64,000 bases of DNA from Candidatus Latescibacterota bacterium (GCA_963707635.1 OY970173.1:2304001-2368000), one strand, 5' to 3'. Shown: positions 13,908 to 23,397, counted from the stretch's first letter. Made by a program: numbers and translations. The notes: a model not told the origin generated them from the sequence alone.

Positions 13908-15368
13908 ATGTCTATCAGGACGTTGTATCGAGTTTCTGGTTTGGGCGCCGTGGCCGGCGCGATGCTGCTCTCGACGGGGCCGGCGCGCGCCGATTACAGC
14001 CTGACGCAGGCATTCCCCAACTTCACGTTCTCGTTCGCGACCGATATCCAGGCCGCGAACGACGGATCCAACCGATTGTTCGTCGTGGAGAAACGCGGCG
14101 TCATCTGGGTATTCACGGCCGACGTCCAGTCGACGGTGAAGACCGAGTTCCTCAATATCTCGAGCCAGGTCCGTACCTCGGGCGAGGCCGGCCTCTTGGG
14201 GCTCGCCTTCCACCCGAACTACAAGACGAACGGGTGGTTCTACGTCTTCTACGTGTCCCAGTACCCGTACCGGACCATCGTCGCCCGCTACAAGGTCAGC
14301 TCGAACCCGAACGTCGCCGATCCGGCCAGCGAAAGCATCCTGATCGATAACGCCCAATCGACCGTGTACCACAACGGCGGCCAGCTTGCGTTCGGCCCCG
14401 ACGGGTATCTCTACATCGGCATGGGAGACAACTTCACCTCGGCGACCGCGCAGGACCTCACGGACCTGCCCGGCTCGATTCTGCGCATCGACGTGGACGT
14501 GACCCCGCCGCCGGGCGGAGCGGCCGCGCCGGCGTACGAGATTCCCCCGGACAACCCCTTCGCGAACAACCCGAACGGTTACCGGCAGGAGATCTATGCG
14601 TACGGGTTTCGCAACCCCTGGCGCTTCTGCATCGACAAGATGAGCGGAGAAATGTGGGCGTCCGACGTCGGACAGGACACCTACGAAGAAATCGACATCG
14701 TGGAGAAGGGGCGCAACTACGGCTGGCCGTTGATGGAGGGGCCGGACTGCTACGGCGCCCCGTGCGATCCGGTCGGTGACGATCTCGTGCTGCCGTTCTA
14801 CTCGTACACGCACGCCGAAGGGGTCGCGGTGATCGGCGGGTACCGGTACTGGGGGCGTCGCATCCCGGAGCTGGTCGGTTATTACGTCTTCGCAGATTAC
14901 ACCGGCGGTGAAGTGTGGGGGCTGCGCTTCGACGGCGCCGCGGGCCCGGAGCGTTTCGACCTGGTCGTGAACGCGCCCGACCTGCTCACCTTCGGCCTGG
15001 GTCCGACGGGCGATCTGCTCGCGGCATCCAGCGACGGGTATATCTACCATCTCGAACGCGTGGTGACATCGGCGCCGGTGGGCTCGCCCGCCGCATCGCA
15101 ACTGCTCGGCAACTACCCGAACCCGTTCAACCCGTCGACGACGATCCGCTACCACCTCGCGAGCGCCGCGAGCGTATCGATCGAGATCTTCGGCGTGGAT
15201 GGCAGCCGCGTGGCGCGTTACGACCTCGGGTCCCGGCCCGCCGGCGATCACCGCCTCGAATGGAACGGCCGCGCCGCCACCGGACCTGCCGCCAGCGGGG
15301 TTTATTTCTGCCGGCTGGTGGTCGATGGCGCGGGGGTCAATACGATTCACATGGTGCTGGTCCAGTAG
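13908..15368 (+). CDS. Glucose/sorbosone (PQQ-type) dehydrogenase family protein with a FlgD-Ig/T9SS-like C-terminal domain
   Basis: Signal peptide; GEAGLLGLAFHP, HNGGQLAFGPDGYLY, GFRNPWR, NYGWP; CTD NYPNPFNPSTTI..WNGR..ASGVYF. Confidence 0.88.
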   Translation: MSIRTLYRVSGLGAVAGAMLLSTGPARADYSLTQAFPNFTFSFATDIQAANDGSNRLFVVEKRGVIWVFTADVQSTVKTEFLNISSQVRTSGEAGLLGLAFHPNYKTNGWFYVFYVSQYPYRTIVARYKVSSNPNVADPASESILIDNAQSTVYHNGGQLAFGPDGYLYIGMGDNFTSATAQDLTDLPGSILRIDVDVTPPPGGAAAPAYEIPPDNPFANNPNGYRQEIYAYGFRNPWRFCIDKMSGEMWASDVGQDTYEEIDIVEKGRNYGWPLMEGPDCYGAPCDPVGDDLVLPFYSYTHAEGVAVIGGYRYWGRRIPELVGYYVFADYTGGEVWGLRFDGAAGPERFDLVVNAPDLLTFGLGPTGDLLAASSDGYIYHLERVVTSAPVGSPAASQLLGNYPNPFNPSTTIRYHLASAASVSIEIFGVDGSRVARYDLGSRPAGDHRLEWNGRAATGPAASGVYFCRLVVDGAGVNTIHMVLVQ

Positions 15369-15399
15369 CGCTCGTGAAAACGCCCGCGCCATTCGCGCG

Positions 15400-15428
15400 T
15401 TGACACGCCGCCCGGGGCCGCACACTAT
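15400..15428 (+). promoter_or_regulatory. Putative sigma70 promoter of the beta-barrel gene
   Basis: TTGACA-N17-CACTAT. Confidence 0.5.
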
Positions 15429-15490
15429 TCCCTGTGTTGCGATTGCCGCCCCCGGCGCGTCCACACCCCCTGGAGAGAGGCTGTATCGTC

Positions 15491-16126
15491 ATGACATCCG
15501 TGCGCGTCTTCACGACCATCGTGGTGGCCGGCGCCGTCGTCGCCGCCTGCGCCGGACCCGCCGGCGCGCTGGTCCGGCGGGTCGATGCCCCCCTGCTCTG
15601 GCACCGGACCGCGGTCTCGGGCTTCTACGGCAACGGACTTCCGGTCGGCGAGTTCGCCGATTCCCGCGAAGGCGACGGAAACCACGAGGACTGGGCCCCC
15701 GACTGGACGGTCGAGATCGAACACTTCGCGAGCCGGACGGTCTCGATCGGGTTCTCGATGGCGAACACCACCTACACCGACAAGACCTTTTCCGACCTCG
15801 AAACCAACCTGAGCAGCTACTCGGGGTTTCTGCGCGCGGTCGTCCCGACCGGATCCGCCGTGCGACCCTACGTGCGCGGCGGGGTCGGCAGCGTCCAGGT
15901 CGAGTTCCAGGATTCCACTTCGCGGGTGGACGCGGAATACGCGTGGTCGTTCCAGTTCGGGGGCGGGCTCTTGTGGCTGCCGGTACGATGGCTGGGAATC
16001 AACGCGCAGGCGCTCTACTATCTGGATTCCACGGAAGACTCGTACATCGCGGAAAACAACACCGTGGTCGGGTTCGACTGCAAGTACTGGGTGTTCGCCG
16101 GCGGCCTGAGTCTGTTCTTTCCTTGA
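15491..16126 (+). CDS. Small outer-membrane beta-barrel protein (OmpA/OmpW-like)
   Basis: Signal peptide; amphipathic strands, RPYVRGGVG, FQFGGG, aromatic C-terminus GLSLFFP. Confidence 0.75.
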   Translation: MTSVRVFTTIVVAGAVVAACAGPAGALVRRVDAPLLWHRTAVSGFYGNGLPVGEFADSREGDGNHEDWAPDWTVEIEHFASRTVSIGFSMANTTYTDKTFSDLETNLSSYSGFLRAVVPTGSAVRPYVRGGVGSVQVEFQDSTSRVDAEYAWSFQFGGGLLWLPVRWLGINAQALYYLDSTEDSYIAENNTVVGFDCKYWVFAGGLSLFFP

Positions 16127-16152
16127 TTCGGGCCCCGATTCCGGCCCCGGCC

Positions 16153-16988
16153 CTACGAGCCCAGCACGATCGCGGCGATACCGGCGAACATCGATAGCTT
16201 GAGCGCCCGGCTCACGCGCGCGAACGTCGCCTTGCGCGGCGAACGGACGATCGCGAGCGCGCCCAGGATGAGCGACGGTTCCACCAGCAGCGCCATTACG
16301 AGCAGATACAGGGGGCCGTAGACGCCGGCGACGGCGGGCGCGGGAATCCAAGCCGCCAACGCCAGCATCGACGCGGCGGCGATGCGCGCCGCACTATCGC
16401 GGCCGAGCGTCACCGCGACCGTGCGCACGCCGGCGGCTCTGTCCCCGTCGAGATCCTCCCCCCCTTCACCAGCTCCCGGCACATCACGAACGCGAACGCG
16501 ATGCCGGCGGGTATCACGGCGGCCCGCGGCCGACCGGCGGCGAGCGCACCCGCCGCGAAGGCGCTCGCGGAGACTCCGGCCACGAGCAGGTTGCCGGCGC
16601 CCAGCACACGCTTGAACCAGCGCGCATACGCGTACAGCGCAACCTGCCACGCGATGACCACGATGGCGAGGTCGCGCTCCAGCCACACGAGCGCGCCGAA
16701 CAGGGTCAGCACCGTCGCCCCCGCGTACGTCCAGCGCGCCGCCGTCCGCGACACCCGGCCGGAGGGGAGGGGGCGCGTGGGCTTGTTCACGCGGTCGATC
16801 GCCTCGTCGTAGCAGTCGTTGATCACGTTCCCCGCTCCCGTTGCCAGGCCGGCGAGCAACGCGAGCGCGACCACGCCGGCGGGGTCGCGTCCACCCGCCG
16901 CGTAGTAGCCCGCGCCCACGCCGAAGGACGCGGCGAGCATGTTGTGAGGCCGGAAAATCTGTGCGACGGAGAGAACGCGCGACGCCAT
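16153..16988 (-). CDS. UbiA-family prenyltransferase, DGGGP-synthase-like (frameshift in a G7 run at 16458-16464)
   Basis: RPHN, GNVINDCYDEAIDRVNKPTRPLPSG; RELVKGG/EDLDGDRAAGVRT continues in the other frame. Confidence 0.85.
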
Positions 16989-16997
16989 CCCGCTACC

Positions 16998-18533
16998 TTA
17001 CGGGATGTCCCAGCGAATCTCCAGCCGGAAGGAATCGTCGTTGCCGTCGTCGCCGGCCACGCGCCCGCGGTTTTCCACGCGCGTGTGCGCGTACGACGCC
17101 GCGACCCACGAGTCGCCGTCGAACTCCCAGCGCGCGGCCAGCGCGACGCCCACCGTTCTTTCCACGACCCCCGAGGGGAACGGCGGGTCGGGGTCGTCCA
17201 CCGCGAGGTCGAACGCGCGCAGGTCGTTCCCCTCCCCCACGCGGCGCCCGGCTCCCGAGAGCGCCACGGCGAAATTGGCGCGGGGGTACACGTCGGCGCC
17301 GAGCTGCCATTCGTCCGCGTCCGGACCGGGCAGCCCGCCGAGCAGCGCGTCGCCTTCTGCGATCTCGCCGGCCCCGGTCACGTACACGGAGAGCGAATCC
17401 AGGTGCGAGTAGGTGTAGATGTCCACCCGCCGGTAGCGCGCCTGCAGCTCGAGGCCGAGCGGTCGCGCGGGGACCCAGCGGGCCCCGACGTCGTACGCGA
17501 GCTTGTCGGGATAGCCGTCGGACCGCTCGAACTGCACGTCGTCGACGAGCAGACTCCCGAAGACGGTGACGCCGGCGAGCGTCGTTTTCGCGTCCACCGA
17601 CCAGATCAGGTTGTCCTCGTTGGTCCGTTCGTTGAACTGATTCGCGTAGTACCAGGAAACCGGAAAGAGGTAGAGCCAGTCGAACGGACGGCCCCCGTAG
17701 ACGACAGTCTCGCTCAAACCGACCACCGTGCGCCCGAAGGCGCCCTCGAGCCGGTGGCCGACCAGGTACCGCTCGGGCGCGGTGTAGAGCTGGCCATAGA
17801 ACGCGTCGAGCCGCAGCGACCGGAACTTGAGCCGCCATGACAGCTGGTCGATGGTGGTGCGCGCCCCCGGCACGATGAGCCCGCCACCGGCACCCGGGCC
17901 CCAGTCGACCTGTTCACGCCCCGCGAGCACGTCGACCTGGTCCCACGACCCCACCACGTAGGAACGGTCGTAGAGCGAGGTCAGCCCTTTGAAGCTCTTC
18001 TCGCGCCGCGACGGCTTCTGATTGCGTGCGCGCTCGTCGTTCTCGGGGCCAAATAGAAGCTGGTAGCGCAGGTCGTAGGTAACGTGGTTGCCGGCGTGGA
18101 CCTTCATCGTCGGTGACGCGCCGAGGAACACCTCCACCTCGTCCGCGCCCGGCGCCTGCTCCACGTAGGGGCGGAGATCGAAATCACCCTCGAGCGCCAC
18201 GGCGCGGTCCTCGGCGTAGAGCGCGCGATCGTAGCGTCGCCTCGGGTCGTCGGTGGCCGTGAATTCGCGTTCGAGGCGGTCGAGCTCGTAGGCATCGCGC
18301 GCGGACAGGACCCGCGCGCCCGCGCGCGCGGCGATGCCGGAGACGATCGCGCGGATCTCGGCGCGACCCAGCGGCCGCGTCTCCGGGAGCGTGCACATGC
18401 CGAGGGTTTCGAAACGCTCGAGCGCGGGGTAGCACCAGTTGTCGACGGGGATGCGCTCGTTGCCGGCCGCGCGGGACGCCGCGGGCAGGCACACGACGAG
18501 CGCCAGGGCGGCGACGAATCGACGCGGAGTCAC
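16998..18533 (-). CDS. Capsule assembly Wzi-family outer-membrane protein
   Basis: Signal peptide; YPALERF..TRPL N-terminus, GREQVDWGPG, GHRLE, GLSETVVYG, YTYSH, GPDAD. Confidence 0.72.
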   Translation of the reverse strand: MTPRRFVAALALVVCLPAASRAAGNERIPVDNWCYPALERFETLGMCTLPETRPLGRAEIRAIVSGIAARAGARVLSARDAYELDRLEREFTATDDPRRRYDRALYAEDRAVALEGDFDLRPYVEQAPGADEVEVFLGASPTMKVHAGNHVTYDLRYQLLFGPENDERARNQKPSRREKSFKGLTSLYDRSYVVGSWDQVDVLAGREQVDWGPGAGGGLIVPGARTTIDQLSWRLKFRSLRLDAFYGQLYTAPERYLVGHRLEGAFGRTVVGLSETVVYGGRPFDWLYLFPVSWYYANQFNERTNEDNLIWSVDAKTTLAGVTVFGSLLVDDVQFERSDGYPDKLAYDVGARWVPARPLGLELQARYRRVDIYTYSHLDSLSVYVTGAGEIAEGDALLGGLPGPDADEWQLGADVYPRANFAVALSGAGRRVGEGNDLRAFDLAVDDPDPPFPSGVVERTVGVALAARWEFDGDSWVAASYAHTRVENRGRVAGDDGNDDSFRLEIRWDIP

Positions 18534-18546
18534 GCCCGCGTACCGG

Positions 18547-19710
18547 CTACGCCACCCGCTGGCGGATCGCGGCGAGTTTGGCGTCGGCCGCGCGGTAGCT
18601 GGCCCGCGCCTCCTCGCGCATGTCGGCACGGTCGTACACCATGCCGAGCGCGTAGAAGGCTCGGTGGTCGTCGGGTGTGAGCTCCGTCACCCGCTTCAGC
18701 GGCGGAATCGCCTTCGCGGCCTGGCCGAGGTGGTTGTAGCACATGCCGATGTGGTAGAGGATCGACGGATGGTCGGGATTCGACTTGAGAGCTCCCTGCA
18801 GGAGCTTCACCGCGCGCCCGTAGAGACCCTTTCGAAAATAGATCATCCCCACGAAGAACGGCGCATTCGCGTGGGCCGCGTCGAGACGGGTCACGCGGCG
18901 AAACGACTCCAACGCACCGTCGAGATCACCCTGCTCGTAGAGTGCGACCCCGAGATTGTAGTGCGCTTCCACGCTCCCCGGAGAGAGCCGGATCGCGTGC
19001 CGGAATTCGCGCACCGCTTCTTCGTGGCTTCCGTGTTCGCCGTAGAGCGCGCCGAGGTTGAAGTGCGCTTCCGCGCTCTGCGGGTTGACCTGCAGCGCGC
19101 GGCGAAAGAGCTGGATCGCCTGCGACCCGTCGCCGCGCAGATCCATCAGAAACCCGAGGTTGGTGTAGGCGCGCGCGTGACGGCGGTCGAGTGCGATGGC
19201 GCGCCGATAACTGGCCTCGGCGTCAGAGCGGCGCTCGTTGCAGGACAGGGTGACGCCGAGCCGGTAGTGGCACTCGGCGTTGTCGGGTTCGAGTTCGATC
19301 GCGCGCCGGTGAGCGGCCAGCGCTTCGTCGAGCCGCCCGAGCCGGTCGTAGACCCGGCCCAGGAAGTACACCGGGAGCGCTCGCACCGGTGCTTCCGCCG
19401 CGAGGCGCTCGAAACAATCCAGGGCAGCGTACAACTCGCCCGCTTCGAGCAGGAACCGTCCGATCACTTCGAGCAGGCCGTCCGGGAGCGCGTCCCGGCG
19501 GGCCAGCTGCCGAGCCAACGCCAGCGCGTCGCGCCGACGCCCCTCGTCCCATCCCATCCGCACCTGCTCGAACTCCGCCGCCGCATCGGCCACCGCCGCC
19601 GCCCGGCGGCGAAGCAGCGGGATGCGGGACGGCAACCCCTTTTCGTTACGACCTACCGATAGTCGCACGACCCCTCCTGTACCGAACCGGGTCCCAGACG
19701 CCAGAACCAA
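18547..19710 (-). CDS. Tetratricopeptide-repeat protein (start uncertain)
   Basis: Tandem TPR motifs (AHFNLGALY, AHYNLGVALY, AFYALGMVY). Confidence 0.85.
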   Translation of the reverse strand: MVLASGTRFGTGGVVRLSVGRNEKGLPSRIPLLRRRAAAVADAAAEFEQVRMGWDEGRRRDALALARQLARRDALPDGLLEVIGRFLLEAGELYAALDCFERLAAEAPVRALPVYFLGRVYDRLGRLDEALAAHRRAIELEPDNAECHYRLGVTLSCNERRSDAEASYRRAIALDRRHARAYTNLGFLMDLRGDGSQAIQLFRRALQVNPQSAEAHFNLGALYGEHGSHEEAVREFRHAIRLSPGSVEAHYNLGVALYEQGDLDGALESFRRVTRLDAAHANAPFFVGMIYFRKGLYGRAVKLLQGALKSNPDHPSILYHIGMCYNHLGQAAKAIPPLKRVTELTPDDHRAFYALGMVYDRADMREEARASYRAADAKLAAIRQRVA

Positions 19711-19823
19711 TTAAATTACAACGAGATAACTCGACTCGGGCGTGACCGTAGTACAGGCGAGAAAATTCTGTCAAGAAATTTCAGCGAAGACGGAACTGAT
19801 TTGCGGAAAGTCGGTTCTGGCGG

Positions 19824-19832
19824 TTATCCACA
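19824..19832 (+). promoter_or_regulatory. Single perfect DnaA box
   Basis: TTATCCACA in an AT-richer intergenic region. Confidence 0.35.
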
Positions 19833-19880
19833 GAAATCCTGCCGCCGCTGCGTGCGGGCGTGGCGACGCCCCGGCGGGCG

Positions 19881-21341
19881 CTAGTCCTCGGTGACGCGCA
19901 CGTCGAGGACCAGCTTGAAACCGCCCGCCCTGCGCAGCTGCGAGCGTCGAATCGCCACCGGGACCCGGATCGTCACCGACGACGGTTCCGGTTCGGCCAC
20001 GCTCGGCGCCGCCGGCTCGCGCGTCACCTCGGCGCGGGTGGTGATGTGCGTGTCCGCCAGCGACGGGCGTCGCATCGGATCGGTGACGAACTCGTCCGGT
20101 CCCTGGTCGCGCGCGGTTTCCGAGGCGAGCGCGGCCTCGTCCAGCGCCGGCAACCTCCCCAGCTCCAGGTCAAACGGACTCTCGGGAATGGCTTCGAACA
20201 ACCCGTCATCGGCGGCGGTGGATTCCGAACGCGGCTTCGCTGCGAGCGGCACGGCCGGGCTGGGCTGGCGCGCCGCCGGCGCCTTGGGAGCTTTGGACGT
20301 GCGGGTCGGCTCGAGTGGCGCTTCGAAACGCATCGGGGCTTCTTCCTCGGCCTCGGGAGCGGCTGCGGGCGCCTCGCGACCGCGCGCGCGCGCGTCGCTC
20401 CCCGACGCGTGCGGTGCTCCCCGCGCCGGCGCCGATGGGCGCGTGGGCACGGGCGCGTCGGCCGGCGCTGGCTCGGCGGGCACCGCTTTCGAGCGCGGTT
20501 TCGGCGCGGCCGGCGCGCGCGGCGCCGCGGGCGCGTCCTCGTCGACCTCGCGGAGCATCATGTCAACCGCGCTGTTAAACTCGTGCTCGTTCTCGTCGCG
20601 CGGCTCGTCCCTCGGTTCCTCCCGCGACACGCGCTGGGGGCGCGACGGCGCCCGTGGCGGCTGCGCCTTTCCGCCGCGCGGGGCGGCCGCGGCAGGCGCC
20701 TTTGGCGGGGTAACAACTTCGGGCGCCGGCAACTCGGCGGCAATATCGCCGCGCTCGAGCCGTTCCTTCAGCACGCGGTACACCATGGTCGCGATCCCGC
20801 GGAAGGTGTCGTAGACGCCGTCGCCTTTGGTCGCGATGGCTTCGAAGGTCGGCACCCGCATGGGGTTGACGCGCGAGTCCAGGTCGCGCACCGCCATCGC
20901 GTCGGGAATGTCGCGCTTGTTGTACTGGATCACCCACGGCAGCGTGTCGAGGCTCAGCCCGTGCTCGTTGAGGTTCTGCTCCAGATTTCGAAGACTCTCG
21001 AGATTCTCGTCGAGCTTTGCGCGCGACGAATCCGCGACGAAGACCAGCGCGTCGACTCCCTTCAAGACCAGTTTGCGAGTCGCGTTGTAGTACACCTGCC
21101 CGGGAACGGTGTAGAGCAGAAAGCGCGTGCGGTAGCCGTTGATCTCGCCCAGCTCGAGGGGCAGAAAATCGAAGAACAGCGTGCGATCGGTCTGGGTCTT
21201 CATCGAGACCATCTTGCCTTTCGCCCCCGCTGGCGTTTTCTCGTGAATGTACTCCAGGTTGGTGGTCTTGCCGCTCAAGCCGGGACCGTAGTAGACGATC
21301 TTGGCGTTGATTTCGCCGCCGGTGTAGTTGAGCACGACCAT
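19881..21341 (-). CDS. MglA-family small GTPase with a long Pro/Ala/Glu-rich C-terminal extension
   Basis: EINAKIVYYGPGLSGKTTNL, DRTLFFDF, YTVPGQVYY, GVDALVFVADS, QYNKRD. Confidence 0.9.
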   Translation of the reverse strand: MVVLNYTGGEINAKIVYYGPGLSGKTTNLEYIHEKTPAGAKGKMVSMKTQTDRTLFFDFLPLELGEINGYRTRFLLYTVPGQVYYNATRKLVLKGVDALVFVADSSRAKLDENLESLRNLEQNLNEHGLSLDTLPWVIQYNKRDIPDAMAVRDLDSRVNPMRVPTFEAIATKGDGVYDTFRGIATMVYRVLKERLERGDIAAELPAPEVVTPPKAPAAAAPRGGKAQPPRAPSRPQRVSREEPRDEPRDENEHEFNSAVDMMLREVDEDAPAAPRAPAAPKPRSKAVPAEPAPADAPVPTRPSAPARGAPHASGSDARARGREAPAAAPEAEEEAPMRFEAPLEPTRTSKAPKAPAARQPSPAVPLAAKPRSESTAADDGLFEAIPESPFDLELGRLPALDEAALASETARDQGPDEFVTDPMRRPSLADTHITTRAEVTREPAAPSVAEPEPSSVTIRVPVAIRRSQLRRAGGFKLVLDVRVTED

Positions 21342-21705
21342 AGCCCGTCGCGTCCTTCCCGTGTCGCGCGTGTCGCGCGGTGATGAGTTACCGGGCACGT
21401 GGGCGCGCGCCGCCGCGCGCCTTCGAAAATATCTCTGCCGGAGCGGCCCTCAGATAATGCTCTTGCTGCATTAGGCCAGGGTGAGAAAGCACAAGCGCCA
21501 CTGATGGAACCGCCCCGGCGGGGGGCGAAAGGGCAAGTTACATGCCAACGGGCGGCGAGCGATTGCGGTTCAACTCGTTGCGTCGCAGTCGGTTTCGTCG
21601 CTCGGCCGAGCCCGCGCTCTCCCGGCGCCCCCGGGTCGGGTGCATAATGCTGCGGTGCTTGCAAAACCGAGACGCGCGCGCCTAGGATGGCGCTCGCGAC
21701 GCTCG

Positions 21706-22941
21706 ATGAATCGCCCCCGACCAGACTTGACCCTCCAGTTCTTCGGCGCCGTCCAGTTCGTCGGGCTGTGCGGAGACCGCCTGAAGCAGTTCTCGATGGT
21801 GGGGATGCTGGGGCTCCTGGCGCCGGGCTCCAGCGTCGAGATGCTCAAGCTCACGCTCTTCTCGCAGGTCCCGATTCTGCTGTTCACACCCATCGCCGGG
21901 TCGCTCATCGATCGCTGGAACAAACCCGCCACCATCCTCGGGGCGTGCCTCGCCCGGGCGTTGCTGCTGCTCGCGGTCCCGAACGCGTACGATCGCGCGG
22001 GCTCGATCTACGCGTTCTTCGCCGCCGCGTTCGTGCTCTCGATCTTCGACCTGATCTTCGCGCCGGCGCGCTCCGCGCTCCTGCCCGAGGTCGTGCCCGC
22101 CGAGCGCCTGCTCCCCACCAATGCGGTGTTCTGGACGCTGGGCATCGCCGGAACTTTGGTGGGATTCGTCGGAGGAGGCTGGGTCTTCGACTTCTTCTCG
22201 TGGCGCACGAGTTTCTACACGAACTCCATCGTCTATGTCGCCGCCGCGGCGCTGATGGTCCCGGTCCTGATCCGGCACCGCCCGCCCGCGCGTTCCGGAC
22301 CCATCCCGCGGGTTCCGCTGCGCACCGAGATCGCGTTCTTCTCGCGCTCGGTGCGGGACGCGGTGGAGCTGCTCAGGCAGAGCCGCGAGCTCCGCTCGAG
22401 TCTCACCGTCCAAGCCGGTGTGTTCGCGGTCGGCGGCGTCTTGAGCGTCATCGCGATCTCGCACGTGCAGGAGCTCTCCGCGCCGGACAGCGCGCTGTTC
22501 CTGAGCGAGATCGGCGCGGCGCTGATTCTCGGGCTGGTGGTGGGCGCGTTTCTCGCCGGCTGGTATCGCGGGCGCAACCTGCCCGAGCGCACCGTGTCGG
22601 TGGGCACACTCACGTGCGGCGTGGCGATCGCCGGCATGGGCCGCGCCGAGACGTTGGTGCCGATGTGCATCTGGGCGGGGCTCCTCGGCGCCTCACTCTC
22701 GCCGGTGTTCATCGTGACGGAGACGCTCATGCAGCACCAGAGCCCGCGCCAGTTCACCGGCCGCATCTTCGCCGCGCGCGAGGCGTTCATCAAGGCGGCG
22801 TATATCGTGGCCGCGGTGGCGGCTACGGGCGTCAACGCCTTCGTCTCCAAGTCCGCCCTCCTGGTCGGGTTGGGCCTGTTTCTTGCACTGCTGGGCGTCA
22901 TCCTCGAGCGGACCAGGTGGTTGAGAATGGAGAAACGATGA
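21706..22941 (+). CDS. MFS transporter
   Basis: Many TM helices; motif A-like GSLIDRWNK; FAPARSALLPEVV. Confidence 0.85.
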   Translation: MNRPRPDLTLQFFGAVQFVGLCGDRLKQFSMVGMLGLLAPGSSVEMLKLTLFSQVPILLFTPIAGSLIDRWNKPATILGACLARALLLLAVPNAYDRAGSIYAFFAAAFVLSIFDLIFAPARSALLPEVVPAERLLPTNAVFWTLGIAGTLVGFVGGGWVFDFFSWRTSFYTNSIVYVAAAALMVPVLIRHRPPARSGPIPRVPLRTEIAFFSRSVRDAVELLRQSRELRSSLTVQAGVFAVGGVLSVIAISHVQELSAPDSALFLSEIGAALILGLVVGAFLAGWYRGRNLPERTVSVGTLTCGVAIAGMGRAETLVPMCIWAGLLGASLSPVFIVTETLMQHQSPRQFTGRIFAAREAFIKAAYIVAAVAATGVNAFVSKSALLVGLGLFLALLGVILERTRWLRMEKR

Positions 22942-23396
22942 AGAACCGCAACACATCATCGGGCGTCGTCGAGAAGATGATGAAAGAGATGTTCGCCCGG
23001 CTCCTGAACATCGAAGTCAGCCAGGCCGTCATCGAAAAACTTGTGCCCGTGATCGAAGGCGTGACCGAAAAAGTCGACGGCCAGATCAACCTCGACACCG
23101 TCCAGGGGCAGAACACGTTCCGCGCGCTGATCTGCAGCATGGTCGCGCACGGCTGGGGGCTCGGTATGCACCCGGACAACAACCCGAACACGAATCTCGA
23201 CGGCAAGGTGCTCGAGGTGAAGGTGTGCAAGGACATCCTGGTCCCGATGGAAACCATGAAGTCGATTCGCTACGTCAAGAAGGACCAGTACGGTCGGGTG
23301 CGCAAGGCCCTGTTCGAGCCCGATCAGAACGCGCGAATCTGGGGTTCGATCGACGAAATGCTGGAGAAGCTGTCCAAGGAAAAGTGGCAGGAGTAG
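22938..23396 (+). CDS. Hypothetical protein, 152 aa
   Basis: ATGA overlap with the MFS stop; balanced amino-acid composition (MKNRNTSSG..KEKWQE); G/C-ending codons. Confidence 0.75.
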   Translation: MKNRNTSSGVVEKMMKEMFARLLNIEVSQAVIEKLVPVIEGVTEKVDGQINLDTVQGQNTFRALICSMVAHGWGLGMHPDNNPNTNLDGKVLEVKVCKDILVPMETMKSIRYVKKDQYGRVRKALFEPDQNARIWGSIDEMLEKLSKEKWQE

Positions 23397-23397
23397 C

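Noticed and set aside
19760..19880. Possible replication origin
   Set aside because: There is only one DnaA box, no dnaA or dnaN nearby and no clear unwinding element.
19950..20750. Low-complexity region as a tandem repeat or insertion
   Set aside because: I saw no nucleotide-level periodic repeat. It is explained as the Pro/Ala-rich linker of the MglA-like protein.
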